Positions 60,753 to 64,000 of a DNA stretch of 64,000 bases are shown piece after piece. The stretch comes from Podospora anserina (taxonomy: Eukaryota). Under the pieces are notes generated by a model. It saw only the letters and a program-made list of their open reading frames with translations. It was not told the origin of the DNA and made no database searches. How positions within the stretch are numbered: the stretch's first letter is position 1; each line of letters starts with the position of its first letter. The translations under genes and the position numbers were made by a program. The DNA is taken from positions 5,766,001 through 5,830,000 of the forward strand of contig CM030332.1 of assembly GCA_017654855.1 (NCBI GenBank), given 5' to 3'.

Positions 60753-61273
60753 ACCGCAATAAAGTCCATTTTGATTGCGCGTATTCTACATGACGGGCAC
60801 CGATCATACTTCATTCTCTCCCAATCGCTAAGACAAGAACCACATAGAACGTGGCCTTGAAATCCAATATTAGCAAAGCTGCGCGTTTGATATCCACTTG
60901 ATCACGTACCACATTTAGATGTAAAAATATGCTTTCCAACTACGTATCCATCGAAGCAGACAGAACAGTCTGTTGCATAAAGACGCAGTGGCATCGGGCT
61001 ACATACTCTGCCCTGACGAGAAGTGTGAGGCAGAAAATGGCACGCATGACAAGTAAGACATCCACAAGAAATGCAGACCATGATCTTGTCAATCCAGGTG
61101 CTGTTTTGGAGAACGGCTGAACAGACATAACAGTTATGAACTGCATCGTCGGTAAGGTCTATGCTAGCCTTATGTGGTGTCTGGTAAACCGACAGTTGAT
61201 CGTTGGCTTCCTCGGTAAGGTCGATCACTTCATGTTGCCGGGCCTGTGATTCACGGTTGAGGTTGATGTGCAT
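60716..61273 (-). CDS. Small SIM + RING-finger protein (SUMO-targeted ubiquitin ligase-like), 167 aa; 2 exons
   Basis: ATG at 61273. Intron 60909-60856 (GTACGT...GCTAAT...AAG) completes a C3HC4 RING: CSVC...KCGHVLCGSC...CPSC. N-terminal EVIDLTEE and SIDLTDD, and a second Cys cluster CYVC...CGCLTCHAC. Confidence 0.82.
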
Positions 61274-62047
61274 CTTTCTGGATCCAAGAATTATGAGGAA
61301 GTAAAAAATTAGGTACACATTAGTTAAAGAGAGGGGAGAGAGACACCCGATTTTATACTTTTCTTACCTTAGTCACCAAACTACTCAACCATCGTACTGG
61401 GGTCTTCCGCCCATCAAATAGAAACACGACCATGCACCCGAGAGAGCACCACGGGCCAAAGCTCTGACGTATCCTGCGTGTTCACGCGTCGAAACAGGTG
61501 AACGAAATGAGATTGTCCCGCTCCACGCCTAGTGCTTGGTCACAAGTACATCGCCAAACACCCAAGCATACCGCTATCACATACAGTTCGCAGTACATTG
61601 TACCTTCCTTCCGGACGATCCGTCCCTCGGTGTATCAGCACGCGCTCTCGGCAGGAACTGTCACATGGAGGAAGCACTGCCATCGAATCACGCCCAGGAT
61701 GATGCGATCAGCTGCAAGGCAGTCACATCGTGATACGAAGTTCTGGGACCGTCACTGGCTTTTCTGTCTCCATGTTTGCCATCCAAGCTCAGGCGCTTCG
61801 GTGGAGAGCGAGGGAGACTAACCAGTGCCATGATGGGTATAAGAAGCCATCTGTCCTCTCTCATGCTCGACTTTCCCGTTTTCTCGCTCTCTCCCTCTCT
61901 CTCTCTTCATCACGCCCTATTGACAATTCACCGCCAATTTGATATTCATTCTTATACTTTTAGAGTTTCGACGTCTGCTGTCTTGCCGTCGTGCTTTCTT
62001 CTTAAGTGCCAGGAGCAACCCAACCCTCCGTCGTTAGTATCGACACT

Positions 62048-63676
62048 ATGGTCAACTGTTCGACTGTTCCTCAGTGGACTTCTTCACCGGGTCACGGCCC
62101 CGAAATAGAGCTTCATGATTCCACGGACCATGACCCTCATTTCAACCACGCGATTGGCATAAATGCACCCGCTCCCTTAACTCAACCTCCCCAGATCATC
62201 CCTGATGGTGAAATGGAGTCCATGTTGTATTTCGATGTCGCCATAGCGCCTGGGCTCCAAGCGTTGGACAACCTTAACTGGCCCATTGAGCTCACATATC
62301 AGGACCCTGTGGTTCTCAAAGGACTGGCTGAACTGTTTAGTCTCGATGGTCCCGATGATCCCTCGCTGAACCAGGCTGTCACCCCCTCCGAGGTGGAGCC
62401 TTCTGTCGACGGCGCGCCCACCACCCACAACAACATCCCGTGCGATCAGTCAGGGGATGATCTTCGGGATGACCTAGGGTCTTGCGCTGCTGGAAGTGAA
62501 AGCACGCCAGGCATTGATTTGCCCTGGGACGACTCCTGGACGGACGGGTTGTCGTTCAATATGGAGAATCCAAGAAGTATGTTCCTTGATCAGGGAATCG
62601 CCGACGTCGCCATGCTTGCGCCATGCCTCGCCCTACCTGAGTCGCCTTTTCCCGCTCGCTATTCGACAGATCAGCTGAACGAGACGTGTCCGTTCTCCCT
62701 GTTCTCAATGAGTCCAATCATGGACAGTCAACACGACACCTCCGTCGATGAAACTGACAGGACATCCATCGATTCTCAGCTCAAACAGTCGCCTGATACG
62801 TCTTTTAGTGATGGCGGAGTCGATGCGGCAATGCCACCACTTAGCAGGACTGGCGTCACCGATGACAACATGAGGGAAACCCAAGCGCCGTCACTGAAGC
62901 TCAAGCTGGAGGATCAGGAGTCCACAGATGCAGGAACGCTGGTATGCAAATATGATGCCTTGGAATGCATTTCCAACAACTCTACGGATAACCATCAAGT
63001 TACGATCACCCCTACTCGAAAGGATCTAAAAAGGAGGAAGGCCAGTCTCGACCCCGACGGCAGCGACTCGCCGCGAGGAAAGCGACTATGTATCGAGACA
63101 TTCCCAGACCTCACGGTTTATTCTGAGGGCAAATCGGCAGGTGTTAACACGAATAGCAGCCAACTTCAGGATCACATACATCCACTGGACACCAAGATGT
63201 CTTGCACGCCAAAGCGCCAACATCGTAGCCCGTTGCGTAAGCATGTGGAACCGAAGTTCGTCACACTCAGAGATATTGCCAAACCAAATGGATATATCAA
63301 GGGCTCGTTTCCTCTACACATTCACAGTCTGGACATGTACCCTGACCCGACCGACTCTTTCATGCTCCACTACCGCTGGGATCGTCGGGAGAAGGTTTGG
63401 GTTACCAATGCTCCAGAGGATGGGAGTGTCTCTCAAGAGGTCCTTCCTGACCGAGTGATGACGGCAGATCAGATGTGTGGCTTGGTGGACAATGTCCCTA
63501 CATTGTTCAATATCTATCTTCGGGTTGGCTGCAGTATGAATTTCGTCATGGAATGGGACGACTCCAAAAACTCCTTCATCATTGACGACCCTATTGTATG
63601 GGAGCCATTCAGCGTATCTAGAAAACACGTGTCTAACAGTTTCAACGCGTTAAATGACAGCGGCAAGCGGCGGTAG
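62048..63676 (+). CDS. Hypothetical acidic protein (542 aa) with NLS-like basic patch
   Basis: Long intact ORF with ATG at 62048. Asp/Pro/Ser-rich N-half, KRRKAS...KRL, and a globular-looking aromatic-rich C-terminus. Confidence 0.7.
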   Translation: MVNCSTVPQWTSSPGHGPEIELHDSTDHDPHFNHAIGINAPAPLTQPPQIIPDGEMESMLYFDVAIAPGLQALDNLNWPIELTYQDPVVLKGLAELFSLDGPDDPSLNQAVTPSEVEPSVDGAPTTHNNIPCDQSGDDLRDDLGSCAAGSESTPGIDLPWDDSWTDGLSFNMENPRSMFLDQGIADVAMLAPCLALPESPFPARYSTDQLNETCPFSLFSMSPIMDSQHDTSVDETDRTSIDSQLKQSPDTSFSDGGVDAAMPPLSRTGVTDDNMRETQAPSLKLKLEDQESTDAGTLVCKYDALECISNNSTDNHQVTITPTRKDLKRRKASLDPDGSDSPRGKRLCIETFPDLTVYSEGKSAGVNTNSSQLQDHIHPLDTKMSCTPKRQHRSPLRKHVEPKFVTLRDIAKPNGYIKGSFPLHIHSLDMYPDPTDSFMLHYRWDRREKVWVTNAPEDGSVSQEVLPDRVMTADQMCGLVDNVPTLFNIYLRVGCSMNFVMEWDDSKNSFIIDDPIVWEPFSVSRKHVSNSFNALNDSGKRR

Positions 63677-63795
63677 GATGGTGGGGACATAAGCTGTGTC
63701 ATTGATCAAATGTATATATTTATGTAAAGAGCTACTCTCCCATCACATTCACCATGAGATTCCAGAACTTCTGCCCGGTGAAACGGCAAGCATTC

Positions 63796-64000
63796 TCAAG
63801 ACCGATGCGAGTTCAATGCGTGGGATTTCACACACAGACTGGGACGGTATAGTTCGATGTAGCGGTATATCTGAACCCATGACCCAGTTGTCAAGTACAC
63901 CTGACGTAGTATCATAGTAGACAGTAGCTTGTGTCGGGTCATGAAACTAATCATAGCGTCGTGCTTGGTTACGGCGTTTTGGATCTCGAGGTCTTCCAAG
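63796..64000 (-). pseudogene. 3' part of a gene running off the window edge, paralogous to 32440-32652
   Basis: Protein-level similarity described under 32440-32652. The TGA at 63796 appears premature relative to the paralog. Confidence 0.5.

Larger units (their letters stand above)
24590..64000 (+). mobile_element. Putative Starship giant transposon (5' part; left boundary approximate, right boundary not seen)
   Basis: DUF3435 tyrosine recombinase as first gene, preceded by repeat-rich non-coding DNA. It is followed by patatin-like phospholipase, NLR-type PNP_UDP and TPR remnants, diverged host-gene copies and TE debris. Boundaries are inferred, not demonstrated. Confidence 0.75.

Overview
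Eukaryotic DNA from a filamentous ascomycete (short GT-AG introns with CTAAC/CTGAC branch sites; gene content suggests a Sordariomycete, probably Fusarium-like, which is inference). The left ~24.5 kb is accessory-type host sequence: a glycine-zipper protein, a small conserved-motif protein, tyrosinase and multicopper oxidase pseudogenes, a hydrophilin, a HET-domain protein, a C2H2 zinc-finger gene and an inverted paralog pair of orphan genes. From about 24.6 kb to the window end, the sequence looks like the 5' part of a Starship giant transposon. Its captain (25249-28682) is an intact 6-exon DUF3435 tyrosine recombinase that ends in two tandem chromodomain-like units and is flanked by short repeat arrays. 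The putative cargo is rich in diverged chromatin, SUMO and cell-cycle regulators: an SNF2-type ATPase, two Ulp1/C48-like proteins, a SIM+RING (STUbL-like) ligase, a NAP1 histone chaperone, a Pcl-type cyclin remnant and an Ecm13-like gene. It also holds a 60-bp-arm hairpin with G:U-biased differences, an inverted and split patatin gene, and TE debris (solo LTR with TSD, Gypsy, MULE, Tc1). All family calls are motif recognition by eye and no database search was run. The element boundaries cannot be proven from this window alone.
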